NCBI GenBank assembly: GCA_030432405.1
Contig: JAUIHG010000002.1
Span: 1-59,991, forward strand
Reading direction: 5' to 3'
From: Bacteroidia bacterium
GTDB taxonomy: Bacteria; Bacteroidota; Bacteroidia; Chitinophagales; BACL12
DNA: 59,991 bases
The notes beneath the pieces are model-generated. The model was not told the DNA's origin. It ran no database searches and was given only the letters and a program-made list of their open reading frames with translations. Numbering within the stretch: the stretch's first letter is position 1; every line of letters starts with the position of its first letter. The position numbers and the translations under genes were made by a program. Shown here piece by piece: positions 8,108-16,585 of this stretch.

Positions 8108-10477
8108 TCAGGGCATGGCCGCGGTTTCAGCGCCTCCGGCGAAGGCGTCCTCCCCGGCTTCGGGAACCGCTGCCGGCGCGTTGAGGGCTTCGGGGTTCAG
8201 CGTGCCGCCGGGTGCGGGAATGGCATCGTCGCCTTCGCCCGAACGGGCGGGATCCTTCATGATGTCCGTACCCAGGCGTTGCAGGTAGGCAATCAGCGCG
8301 ATGATGTCCGTGTTTGGATCCGCATCCAACCCGCCCTGGCGCAGGCCATTGGCGATCTCCTCGGCCTGGGCCCGGAGGTCGGCATTGGCGCGCTTCTCAT
8401 AGCCCGGTGCGTAGGGCACGCCCAGCTTCCGCATGCCCTTGATCTTGGCGGCGGTGCTGTTGGTGTCCAGGCTGCCGGCCTTGTACATCCAGGGGTAACC
8501 CGGCATGATGGAGCCCGGCGAGGTGGAGCGCGGCTCGTACATGTGGTTGAAGTGCCAGGAATCCGGCTTGTAGGTCTTGCCGGTGACCACACCCTCCCGG
8601 GCGAGGTCCGGACCGGTGCGCTTGGAGCCCCACAGGAAGGGGTGGTCGTAGACAAATTCCCCGGCTTTGGAGTATTCGCCGTAGCGTTCGGTCTCCCAGC
8701 GGAAGGGCCGGATCATCTGCGAGTGGCAGGTGTTGCAGCCTTCGGAAATGTAGACGTCGCGGCCCTGCAGTTCCAGCGGGGTGTAGGGCATCACGCTGGC
8801 GATGGTGGGGATGTTGCTCTTGATGGTGGCTGTGGGGACAAACTCCACGATGCCGCCGATGAGGATGAGTACAGTCGAGGCAAGGACCATCTGCACCGGA
8901 CGGCGCTCGATCCAGCGGTGCCAGTATTCCCCTTCCCGCAGGCTGGCCGATTTGCCGACCAGGGCCGGTGCGGAAGCTTTTTCCTCCGCCAGGAAATCGC
9001 CCTTGCCGATGGTTTTGGCAAGGTTGTAGACCATGATCAGCATGCCGGCCAGATACATGGTGCCACCGGCCGCCCGGATGATGTACATCGGGATGATCTG
9101 GGTGACGGTCTCCAGGAAGTTCGGGTAAGCCAGGTAGCCGTCGGCCGTGAACTCCTTCCACATGAAGTGCTGGGTGAAGCCCGACCAATACATCGGAATG
9201 GCGTAGAAGGCGATGCCCAGGGTACCCATCCAGAAGTGGGTATTGGCCAGACGTTCGCTCCAGAGTTTGGTCTGGAAGAGGCGGGGGATGATCCAGTACA
9301 GGATGCCGAAGGTGAGGAAGCCGTTCCAGCCCAGGGCACCGATGTGCACATGGCCGATGGTCCAGTCCGTGTAGTGGCTGATGGCGTTCACGCTTTTCAT
9401 GGACATCATCGGCCCTTCAAACGTGGACATGCCGTACGCGGTCACGGCCACCACCATGAACTTGAGCATGGCGTTGTCGCGGACCTTGTCCCAGGCGCCG
9501 CGAAGGGTCAACAGGCCGTTGAGCATACCGCCCCAGGATGGCGCAATCAGCATCAGCGAAAAGACCGTACCGAGGCTTTGGGCCCAGTCCGGCAGTGCTG
9601 TGTAGAGCAAGTGGTGCGGACCGGCCCAGATGTAGATAAAAATCAACGCCCAGAAGTGGATGATGGACAGGCGGTAGCTGAACACCGGGCGGTTGGCCAT
9701 CTTGGGAATGAAGTAGTACATCAGCCCCAGGTAGGGGGTGGTCAGGAAGAAAGCCACCGCGTTGTGGCCGTACCACCACTGGACCAGCGCATCCTGCACC
9801 CCGGCAAAGACCGAATAGCTCTTGAAAAGGCCTACAGGCAGCGCCAGGGAGTTGACCACATGCAGCACGGTGACCGTGACAAACGTGGCGATGTAAAACC
9901 AGATGGCCACGTACATATGGCGTTCGCGGCGTTTGATGATGGTGCCGATCATGTTCGCGCCGAAGGCGAGCCATACCACGGCAATAGCGATGTCGATCGG
10001 CCATTCGAGCTCCGCGTACTCCTTGGAGGTGGAGATGCCCAGGGGCAAGGTGATGGCCGCCGCTACGATGATGGCCTGCCATCCCCAGAAGTGGAACCAG
10101 CCCAGACCATCGCTCCACATGCGGGTTTTCAGCAGGCGCTGGAGGGAATAATAGACCCCCAGGAATATGCCGTTGCCGACAAAAGCAAAAATCACCGCGT
10201 TGGTATGCAAGGGACGCATGCGCCCATAGCTCAGCCAGGAAATGCCGCCGAGGAAATCGGGCCAGACAAACTTGAGGGCCACAATGAGGCCCACCAGCAT
10301 GCCAACCACGCCCCACAGGATGGTGGCGTAGGTGAACGCCCGCACGATGCGGTTGTCGTAATGGAAGGTTTCCGTCTGCCGTTGGCGCTGATCAGGAGCG
10401 CTTACGCCCGGCTGAACGGCGCCGGTCCCCTCCGGTGTCGTCGAAGAGGATTCGGATGGCTGGTGTGGTGTCATCAT
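8108..10477 (-). CDS. ccoNO: Fused cbb3-type cytochrome c oxidase subunits I and II (CcoN-CcoO)
   Basis: 789 aa. The N-terminal part has a 12-TM haem-copper oxidase core (HFWALIFIYIWAGPHHLLYT, GHVHIGALGWNGF). It is followed by a CcoO-like domain with the haem c site CNTCHSQMIRPF. Confidence 0.95.
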   Translation of the reverse strand: MMTPHQPSESSSTTPEGTGAVQPGVSAPDQRQRQTETFHYDNRIVRAFTYATILWGVVGMLVGLIVALKFVWPDFLGGISWLSYGRMRPLHTNAVIFAFVGNGIFLGVYYSLQRLLKTRMWSDGLGWFHFWGWQAIIVAAAITLPLGISTSKEYAELEWPIDIAIAVVWLAFGANMIGTIIKRRERHMYVAIWFYIATFVTVTVLHVVNSLALPVGLFKSYSVFAGVQDALVQWWYGHNAVAFFLTTPYLGLMYYFIPKMANRPVFSYRLSIIHFWALIFIYIWAGPHHLLYTALPDWAQSLGTVFSLMLIAPSWGGMLNGLLTLRGAWDKVRDNAMLKFMVVAVTAYGMSTFEGPMMSMKSVNAISHYTDWTIGHVHIGALGWNGFLTFGILYWIIPRLFQTKLWSERLANTHFWMGTLGIAFYAIPMYWSGFTQHFMWKEFTADGYLAYPNFLETVTQIIPMYIIRAAGGTMYLAGMLIMVYNLAKTIGKGDFLAEEKASAPALVGKSASLREGEYWHRWIERRPVQMVLASTVLILIGGIVEFVPTATIKSNIPTIASVMPYTPLELQGRDVYISEGCNTCHSQMIRPFRWETERYGEYSKAGEFVYDHPFLWGSKRTGPDLAREGVVTGKTYKPDSWHFNHMYEPRSTSPGSIMPGYPWMYKAGSLDTNSTAAKIKGMRKLGVPYAPGYEKRANADLRAQAEEIANGLRQGGLDADPNTDIIALIAYLQRLGTDIMKDPARSGEGDDAIPAPGGTLNPEALNAPAAVPEAGEDAFAGGAETAAMP

Positions 10478-10571
10478 CGTATTGTCCGTCTTTGACCGCC
10501 CACAGGAACAGGCCCAGAAAACCCGCCGCTACGGCGATGCTGGCCATTATCAGGAGGACGATCACGCTCAT
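10392..10571 (-). CDS. ccoS: cbb3 oxidase maturation protein CcoS (FixS), 59 aa, below the ORF-track cutoff
   Basis: Hand translation gives MSVIVLLIMASIAVAAGFLGLFLWAVKDGQYDDDTTPAIRILFDDTGGDRRRSAGRKRS. It matches the CcoS signature: a TM helix, then WAVKxGQ(Y/F)DD and RILxDD. The ATG is at 10571-10569 and the TGA at 10394-10392. It overlaps the annotated ccoNO start by 86 nt in another frame. Confidence 0.8.
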   Translation of the reverse strand: MSVIVLLIMASIAVAAGFLGLFLWAVKDGQYDDDTTPAIRILFDDTGGDRRRSAGRKRS

Positions 10572-10752
10572 GTCGGAGCTTTTCGGAAGGTTGGTGTGAA
10601 GGAGCCGGCTTATGCGCTTTGGCGCCGTGGCTACCCTTCCGGTTCAGGGCAGCAAGTTAGACGCGTACACAGGGCCCTGCGCAGAACGGCGGTCAACAGC
10701 TGGGCTGCGCTGAATCAGCCCCGGTCTGACTCCGCTCACTTTGCTGTTGGTT

Positions 10753-10760
10753 CAAATGTA
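10753..10760 (-). promoter_or_regulatory. Candidate Bacteroidota -7 promoter box TACATTTG (TAnnTTTG) upstream of ccoS-ccoNO
   Basis: The minus strand reads ...gacTTTGggccctttccgcgcttttTACATTTGaacc. The box matches TAnnTTTG exactly, and a TTG lies 18 nt upstream. It sits about 180 nt upstream of the ccoS ATG. This is a single match with no support beyond the consensus. Confidence 0.25.
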
Positions 10761-10802
10761 AAAAGCGCGGAAAGGGCCCAAAGTCGGGTAATGCACATCG
10801 TC

Positions 10803-13445
10803 TCAGTTTTTGTGCAAATGCCTGGACCTTAAAGCAGCCAGCAGCAAGCCAAGGCCAGCAACCGTCAGGGAGCTGATGGGCATCAAAATGGCCGCCACCA
10901 ACGGCGTAAGCCTGCCGCTTACAGCGAAGGACAAGCCCACGATGTTGTAGGCAAAGGATACCCCGATGGCCACCCAGACCGCGCCGCGCATGGCACGTGC
11001 ATACTGCAGCAGCTGAGGCAGGCGGCCAAGCGCGGAGGCTTCCAGCACGCCGTCGGAAGCGGGGAAGTAGCCGCTCAGGTCGTCGGCCACAGCCAGTCCG
11101 GCGTCGCTGGCGGCCAGGGCCCCGGCATCGTTGAGGCCGTCCCCGAACATGCCCACGGTATGGCCTTCGGCGCGCAGCGCCTCGATGCGGGCCAGTTTGT
11201 CGTGCGGGCTGACGCCAAAATGCAGTTCGGCGGTGGCGGGAAAGAGGCCTTCGAGACGCTGGCGGTCCTGGTCCTGATCGCCGGAGAGGAGCTCCATGCG
11301 GTAGCGGGGGCGGCCGCCGGCGCGGGGTGCTTCGCCGAGGGCCTGCAGGGCCTCGGCACTGCCCGGCCGCATGGTCGGTTGCACGTGCACCCAGGCCCGC
11401 AGCCGGCCATTGATGCAAAGCGCTGTGCCGGGCTGCGTGTCCGCTTCGGCCACGCCGCAATAGGCCGCCGAGCCGATGCGGACGGTCCATGCGGAGGCGG
11501 GGTCTTCTGCCTGGCTGACGCTGCCCTCGATGCCCGCTCCGGGGGTTTCGCGCAAAGCGCGGGCCAGCGGAACCAGATCTCCGCCCCAGGCTTCGGCCAG
11601 GCGACGGGAGACCGGGTGTGCGGATCCCGCCGCCACAGCAGCCACCGCGCGGCGCTCGTCCGCACTCAGTTCCCCGCCCACGGGCGTACAGCGCAGCTCC
11701 CCGGCACCGGGAGCGGTGAGCGTCCCGGTTTTGTCAAAGACCAGGGCGTTGAGGGCCGCCAGGCGTTCGATGGCTGCGGTGTCGCGCAGGTGCAGGCCGG
11801 CCCGGTCAAAATAGCGCAGGGCATGGCCCAGCGCAAAGGGAGCGGCCAGGGCCAGGCCGCATGGGCAGGCCACGATCAATACGGCAGTAAGCACTTCCAG
11901 GGCCTTCGCCGGACCGGCGGACCACCACAGGGCCGCGGAGGCCAACGCCAGGACCACCACCAGCGGCGTGAACCAGCGGCTCAGGCGGTCGGTGACCTGG
12001 CGGAGTTTGGGGCGGGCTGAGGGCTGGGCGGATGCGCGGCCTGAAGGGCCGGAGGTCTCCTGCCCGGCGCTTCCCGTTTGCGCTTCCTCCCGCAGGGCGT
12101 CGCGCTCCCAAAGGGAGGCCAAATAGCTGGTGCCCAGGCGCTTGGCCACCTTCAGGCGGGCCGGGGAGCCCAGGATGCGGCCGCCGCCGTAGCAGCGTTC
12201 GCCGGAGGCCATCGGGATCGGTTCCGATTCCCCGGTGAGGAAATGGTAGTCCACGCGGGCCTCCTCGAGCAGGTCGGCGTCGGCGGGCACCACCTCGCCG
12301 GGGCGGACCAGGATGACGTCGCCGGGCTCGAGGTCGTCGGGCAGCACGGCGCGGCGGGTCTCCCCTTCTTCCTTCAGCACGCTGGCCGGGAAAAAGGAGC
12401 GGTAATCGCGGCGGAAGCTCAGGAAGCCGTGCACGCGGTCCTGGAACCAGCGGCCGACCAGCAGCAGGAAAACAAGGCCTGCCAGGGAATCGAGGTAGCC
12501 TTCGCCGGAGGCGGAAACGATGTCGTAAAAGCTGCGGACGGCCAGCGCCAGCATGCCCAGGGCGATGGGGATGTCCACCGAGGGCACGCGCGTTTTGAGG
12601 CTCAGCCAGGCGGCGCGCCAATAGATGGAGCCGCTGTAGAACAGCACCGGCAGGGCCAGCACCACTTTGAGCACGTTGACCAGGCCGTACATGGGCCCGG
12701 CGGTGACCGGATCCCAGTGGAAATAATCCGGGAAGCTGAGCAGCATGATGTTGCCCGCACAGAAGCCCGCCACGCCCAGCCGTTTGAGCAGGGGATCGCG
12801 CGCGCGCGAACGCAGCTGACCCTCGCTTTCCCCGTCGAGGTCGGCGCGGTTGATGGCCGGCGCATAGCCCAGGCGCTGCAGCTGCGTGGCCACGGCGCTC
12901 AGCCGCACGGCCTCGGGGTCAAAATGCAGTTCGAGTTCGCGGCGGCCGTAGTGCACGCGGGCATCGATGACCCCGTCTACGTATTCGGGCATGCGCTCCA
13001 GCAGCCAGACGCAGCTGGAACAATGGATGCTCGGCAGGCGGAACTGCACCACGGCGCGGTTGCCTTTGCGGAAGCGGATCAAGCGTTCCTGCAGGACGGG
13101 TTCGTCCATCCAGGACCAGTCGCCGCCGTCCCGCACCGGAGCCCCGGGTGCCTCGTTGAGCGCGTAAAAGTCTTCCATGCCCAGCTCGTGGATGAGCTGG
13201 TAGGCGGTCGCGCAGCCGGAGCAGCAGAAGTTTTCGCCGTTCCGGCGCACCGGCCTCGGCGTGCAGGGGTCCCCGCAATGCGCGCAGGCCATCGGATCGT
13301 GCTGCGGTCCTTGCGCTTGGGAGGCTGCATCCGCGTCGGCGTGGTCTGCGCGGAAATCGGCGGACGGGAAGTGCGGTTCGGCCACGGGCCGAAAGGTATG
13401 GACGGGGGGCGTCACGGGGCAAAGGTCCGCCCGGGCTGCAGGCAT
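10803..13445 (-). CDS. ccoI: Copper-translocating P1B-type ATPase CcoI (FixI)
   Basis: Has N-terminal Cys-rich metal-binding motifs (CAHCGDPC, CCSGCATAY, CSSCVWLLE), a CPC motif (ACPCGLALA), the DKTGTLT phosphorylation site and the GDGLNDAGAL hinge. An alternative start lies at the Met of MACAHCG (13292). Confidence 0.95.
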   Translation of the reverse strand: MPAARADLCPVTPPVHTFRPVAEPHFPSADFRADHADADAASQAQGPQHDPMACAHCGDPCTPRPVRRNGENFCCSGCATAYQLIHELGMEDFYALNEAPGAPVRDGGDWSWMDEPVLQERLIRFRKGNRAVVQFRLPSIHCSSCVWLLERMPEYVDGVIDARVHYGRRELELHFDPEAVRLSAVATQLQRLGYAPAINRADLDGESEGQLRSRARDPLLKRLGVAGFCAGNIMLLSFPDYFHWDPVTAGPMYGLVNVLKVVLALPVLFYSGSIYWRAAWLSLKTRVPSVDIPIALGMLALAVRSFYDIVSASGEGYLDSLAGLVFLLLVGRWFQDRVHGFLSFRRDYRSFFPASVLKEEGETRRAVLPDDLEPGDVILVRPGEVVPADADLLEEARVDYHFLTGESEPIPMASGERCYGGGRILGSPARLKVAKRLGTSYLASLWERDALREEAQTGSAGQETSGPSGRASAQPSARPKLRQVTDRLSRWFTPLVVVLALASAALWWSAGPAKALEVLTAVLIVACPCGLALAAPFALGHALRYFDRAGLHLRDTAAIERLAALNALVFDKTGTLTAPGAGELRCTPVGGELSADERRAVAAVAAGSAHPVSRRLAEAWGGDLVPLARALRETPGAGIEGSVSQAEDPASAWTVRIGSAAYCGVAEADTQPGTALCINGRLRAWVHVQPTMRPGSAEALQALGEAPRAGGRPRYRMELLSGDQDQDRQRLEGLFPATAELHFGVSPHDKLARIEALRAEGHTVGMFGDGLNDAGALAASDAGLAVADDLSGYFPASDGVLEASALGRLPQLLQYARAMRGAVWVAIGVSFAYNIVGLSFAVSGRLTPLVAAILMPISSLTVAGLGLLLAALRSRHLHKN

Positions 13446-13691
13446 GCGCCATGATGGCGGTCAAGCGGGCCAGGGATGCCCGTCAGGCCGGGACCACAAG
13501 GCGCGGAAGCCCAAGTGCCTGTCACAACCAGTGGCCCAACCGATGTATGAAAGCTCGTCTCCATATGGCACCTTGGCGACAAAATGGGACATACGGTGTC
13601 GGCCATATGCCATCCGATGCCGTCATTTTTCAGGGGTCCGGTGGCTTTACGCACAGCCACCGCCCAAGAAGCGCCGCTATGGCGCGTTGTC

Positions 13692-16505
13692 ATGTTCCGC
13701 ACGTCCGCTCTCCGCAACCGGGAAGCCCGAACACCGCTTCTCCCGGTCCCCCAGCATGCGCGCAGCCTTTGCGCTTTCCTGCTCCTGGCCAGTGCCATGT
13801 TTTCGCCTCCGGCGAAAGCCCAACCCGCTGGGTATGCCTACGCCCGCGCCATCACGGTGGACGCGGCCCAGGTCTCCGGCACGGACAGCCTGGTGGACTT
13901 CCCGCTCAACATCAGCCTGCAGGCCTCCGACCTGCGGGATACCCTCAACGGTGGTTTTGTCTGCCACGCGCAGGGCTATGACCTGTTGTTTACCGGCCCG
14001 GATTGCAGCACCGTATTGGACTACCAGCTGGAGCGCTTTGACGCCAGCACCGGTACCGTCGTGGCCTGGGTCCGCATTCCCGTACTGCGCACCGATTCCA
14101 ATACGGTGGTCTACCTCTTCTACGGCAACGATGGCATCGGCTCGGACCCCTCCACCACCGACGCCTGGGACAATCACTACGTGGGCGTCTGGCACATGGC
14201 CGATGACCCAAGCGGCAGCAGCCCGGCCATGCCCGACAACAGCCGCTTCAGCCACGATGCGGACGCCAACGGCTACAGCAGCGACGACCGCGGTGACGGG
14301 ATTGCCGGCCAGGGCCTGGTGGCCAACGGCAGCGGACAGTACCTCACGGTGGACTCCAGCGGCCTGACACCGGCAGCGCTTTCTTTCAGCGGCCAACAGG
14401 CCATCAGCATCAGTGCCTGGGTCCGCTACGACGCCATGGCCGGCGAAAAGTCCATCGTGGAGCTCGGGCACTCCACCGACGACGTAGACATCCCTTACTG
14501 GCTGGGGCACAACGGCAGCAACATGCAGATCCGCCTGGCCTCGGGTTCGCCCGCAACGGGCAACCGCTACAACGGCAGCAGCACCCTGAGCACCGGCACC
14601 TGGTACCACATGGCCTATACCTATGACGGCAGCACGCTGAAAGGCTACCTCAACGGGGTGGAGGAGATCAGCGTGGCGCGCAGCGGGGACATTGCCTATA
14701 CCGCGGCCGACGGCTTCCGGATGGGCAAGCGCTTTGACGCGCGCTACATGGAGGGCACGGTGGATGAGGTCCGGATTTCGCGCTTCGCGCGAAGCGCCGA
14801 CTGGTGGGCCACCCAATACGCCAACCTGGCCGATGCCGAAAGCTTCTACGCGGTTTCCCCCTACACGACCGCCGAGGACCTCTGCAGCAATGGCGTGCCG
14901 GTGCCCAGCGTGCCGGACCTGTCCTGCTATACCGGCCGGATTGCGTTTTCCATTGACGCGGATCAGGTTTCGGGCAGCAGCAACCTGACGGACTTTCCTT
15001 TTTTGGTCGTGCTGCAGCACGATACGCTCAAAAGCACCGCGAATGGTGGGCTTATGGAGCACCCGGAAGCCTGGGATTTGAGTTTCACCGCCGCGGATGA
15101 AACGACCCAACTTGATTTTGAATTGGAAGCCTACAACGGCACCACAGGAGAAGTCAAGGCATGGGTTAAAGTCCCCACCCTCTACCACAACATCGACACG
15201 GAATTGTTTTGCTATTTCGGCTGCAGCACAGCCAATATGGATCCGTCCACGGCCGGGACCTGGAGCAACGGCTTTTTGGCCGTCTGGCACATGGCCGAGG
15301 CACCCAATGGGAGTGGTGAAGCCCTGGAAGACCACAGCGCCAACGGCAGCGATGCTGCTCCGCGCGGCTTTTCCACGGACGCACGCGAGGCGGCTTTGGT
15401 AGAAGACGGCATCCGCCTGGACGGGAGCAGCCAGTATTTCGGCGTGGAGGACGGCGGTGCGGTTCCTTCGCATTTGACGCTGGAGGATTCCGCTGCCCTG
15501 ACGCTTTCGGCCTGGGTGAACATCGATGCTTTTGGCGGCGAAAAATCGGTGCTTGAAAAGTCCCGGGGCACCAGCGACAACCAAATCCGCTATTTCCTGG
15601 GCATGGCGGACAACAAGCTCCAGGTGCGTTTGCACGCCGGTGCCACGAGCGGCCGCCACGACGGAACCACCAACCTGACGGTGGGCAAGGACCACTACCT
15701 GGTCCTGACCTACAACGGCGCCAGCCTGCTTGGCTACCTGGACGGGGCTGAAGAAATTTCGGTGGCCCGCAGCGGCAACATCGTGCACAACAGCGCAGAC
15801 GACCTGCGCATGGGCAAGCGCTCCGACGGCCGCTATGTGGACGGCCTGGTGGACGAGCTGCGCATCGCCCACGTGGCGCGCAGCGCGGGCTGGATCCAAA
15901 CGGAATACAACAACCTGTACGATCCGGTAAGCTCCATCAGCGATATAACAGCAAGCGACAACCCCTTGCCGGTAACGTTGCTGTTTTTTGAGGGCGCTTC
16001 GCGCGAAGCGCAGGTAAACCTGCATTGGGCAACGGCCACCGAACGCAACAGCGCGGCCTTTGCCGTGGAGCGCTCCCGCGACGGGCAACACTGGCAATTT
16101 GTGGAGCGCATTCAGGCGGCCGGAACCAGCAGCCAGCGCCTGGATTACCACACGGTAGACCGGCGTCCCCTGGATGGGCAATCCTATTACCGCTTGCGGC
16201 AACAGGACCGCAACGGCCACACGCGGACGGTCGGGGTTTTTGCGCTTTGGCGGGAGTCGGGGGCTGCGCCTTCCTGGCAGCTGTACCCCAATCCGCTCCA
16301 GGGCCGGACGCTGTTTGTGCGGGGCCTGGATCCCGACCAGCGCTATGTGGCCACCCTACTGGCCGGCAATGGCCGCCTGATCGGCGAATGGCCTGTTGAG
16401 GGCGGGAAACTCCGCCTCCCGGAACTCCAGGCCGGACTCTACGCCGTGCGCATCCTGCATCGGGCCAGTGGCCGGCAGCAGACGCTGCATGTGGCTGTGC
16501 GGTGA
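13692..16505 (+). CDS. Secreted protein with two DUF2341 + LamG (concanavalin A-like) modules and a T9SS type-A C-terminal sorting domain
   Basis: The start is trimmed to the ATG at 13692 (MFRTSALRNREARTPLLPVPQHARSLCAFLLLASAMFSPPAKAQ, signal-like). Module 1 begins GYAYARAITVDAAQVSGTDSLVDFPL and module 2 begins RIAFSIDADQVSGSSNLTDFPF. LamG-type motifs VDEVRISRFARSADW and VDELRIAHVARSAGW are present. The C-terminus LYPNPLQGRTLFVRGL...GLYAVRILHRASGRQQTLHVAVR is Por-secretion-tail-like. Confidence 0.9.
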   Translation: MFRTSALRNREARTPLLPVPQHARSLCAFLLLASAMFSPPAKAQPAGYAYARAITVDAAQVSGTDSLVDFPLNISLQASDLRDTLNGGFVCHAQGYDLLFTGPDCSTVLDYQLERFDASTGTVVAWVRIPVLRTDSNTVVYLFYGNDGIGSDPSTTDAWDNHYVGVWHMADDPSGSSPAMPDNSRFSHDADANGYSSDDRGDGIAGQGLVANGSGQYLTVDSSGLTPAALSFSGQQAISISAWVRYDAMAGEKSIVELGHSTDDVDIPYWLGHNGSNMQIRLASGSPATGNRYNGSSTLSTGTWYHMAYTYDGSTLKGYLNGVEEISVARSGDIAYTAADGFRMGKRFDARYMEGTVDEVRISRFARSADWWATQYANLADAESFYAVSPYTTAEDLCSNGVPVPSVPDLSCYTGRIAFSIDADQVSGSSNLTDFPFLVVLQHDTLKSTANGGLMEHPEAWDLSFTAADETTQLDFELEAYNGTTGEVKAWVKVPTLYHNIDTELFCYFGCSTANMDPSTAGTWSNGFLAVWHMAEAPNGSGEALEDHSANGSDAAPRGFSTDAREAALVEDGIRLDGSSQYFGVEDGGAVPSHLTLEDSAALTLSAWVNIDAFGGEKSVLEKSRGTSDNQIRYFLGMADNKLQVRLHAGATSGRHDGTTNLTVGKDHYLVLTYNGASLLGYLDGAEEISVARSGNIVHNSADDLRMGKRSDGRYVDGLVDELRIAHVARSAGWIQTEYNNLYDPVSSISDITASDNPLPVTLLFFEGASREAQVNLHWATATERNSAAFAVERSRDGQHWQFVERIQAAGTSSQRLDYHTVDRRPLDGQSYYRLRQQDRNGHTRTVGVFALWRESGAAPSWQLYPNPLQGRTLFVRGLDPDQRYVATLLAGNGRLIGEWPVEGGKLRLPELQAGLYAVRILHRASGRQQTLHVAVR
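14780..14797. repeat. 18-nt perfect palindrome GCGCTTCGCGCGAAGCGC (family A), intragenic
   Basis: Read directly. It encodes RFARSA in LamG module 1. Confidence 0.95.
15994..16011. repeat. 18-nt perfect palindrome GCGCTTCGCGCGAAGCGC (family A), intragenic
   Basis: Read directly. In the same gene it is read in another frame as ASREA (FEGASREAQV). Confidence 0.95.
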
Positions 16506-16585
16506 GGGGCATGCACTCCCGATCAGCTGGTGCACCGAAGCCTTGCACCGCGCCAAAAAATTGAACACGGTGCATGCGGCCTTGC

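Noticed and set aside
7757-10495. 912-aa plus-strand ORF covering the whole ccoNO region
   Set aside because: It lies exactly antisense to an unmistakable CcoNO gene. Its translation is Arg/Gly/Ala/His/Pro-rich with no recognisable motif. This is a typical stop-free shadow frame of high-GC coding DNA.
13446-13691. Divergent ccoI/LamG intergenic region searched for an FNR/Crp box. Contains two CCATATG(G/C)CA repeats at about 13560 and 13606 and a 7-bp hairpin at 13641-13662
   Set aside because: No TTGAT-N4-ATCAA-like site was found. The CATATG-centred repeats are only 6-8 nt palindromes and could be chance. That is not enough to call a regulatory site.
13677-16220. 847-aa minus-strand ORF antisense to the DUF2341/LamG gene
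   Set aside because: Same reasoning. The plus frame has clear domain motifs and a sorting domain, while the minus frame is low-complexity G/A/V/R.
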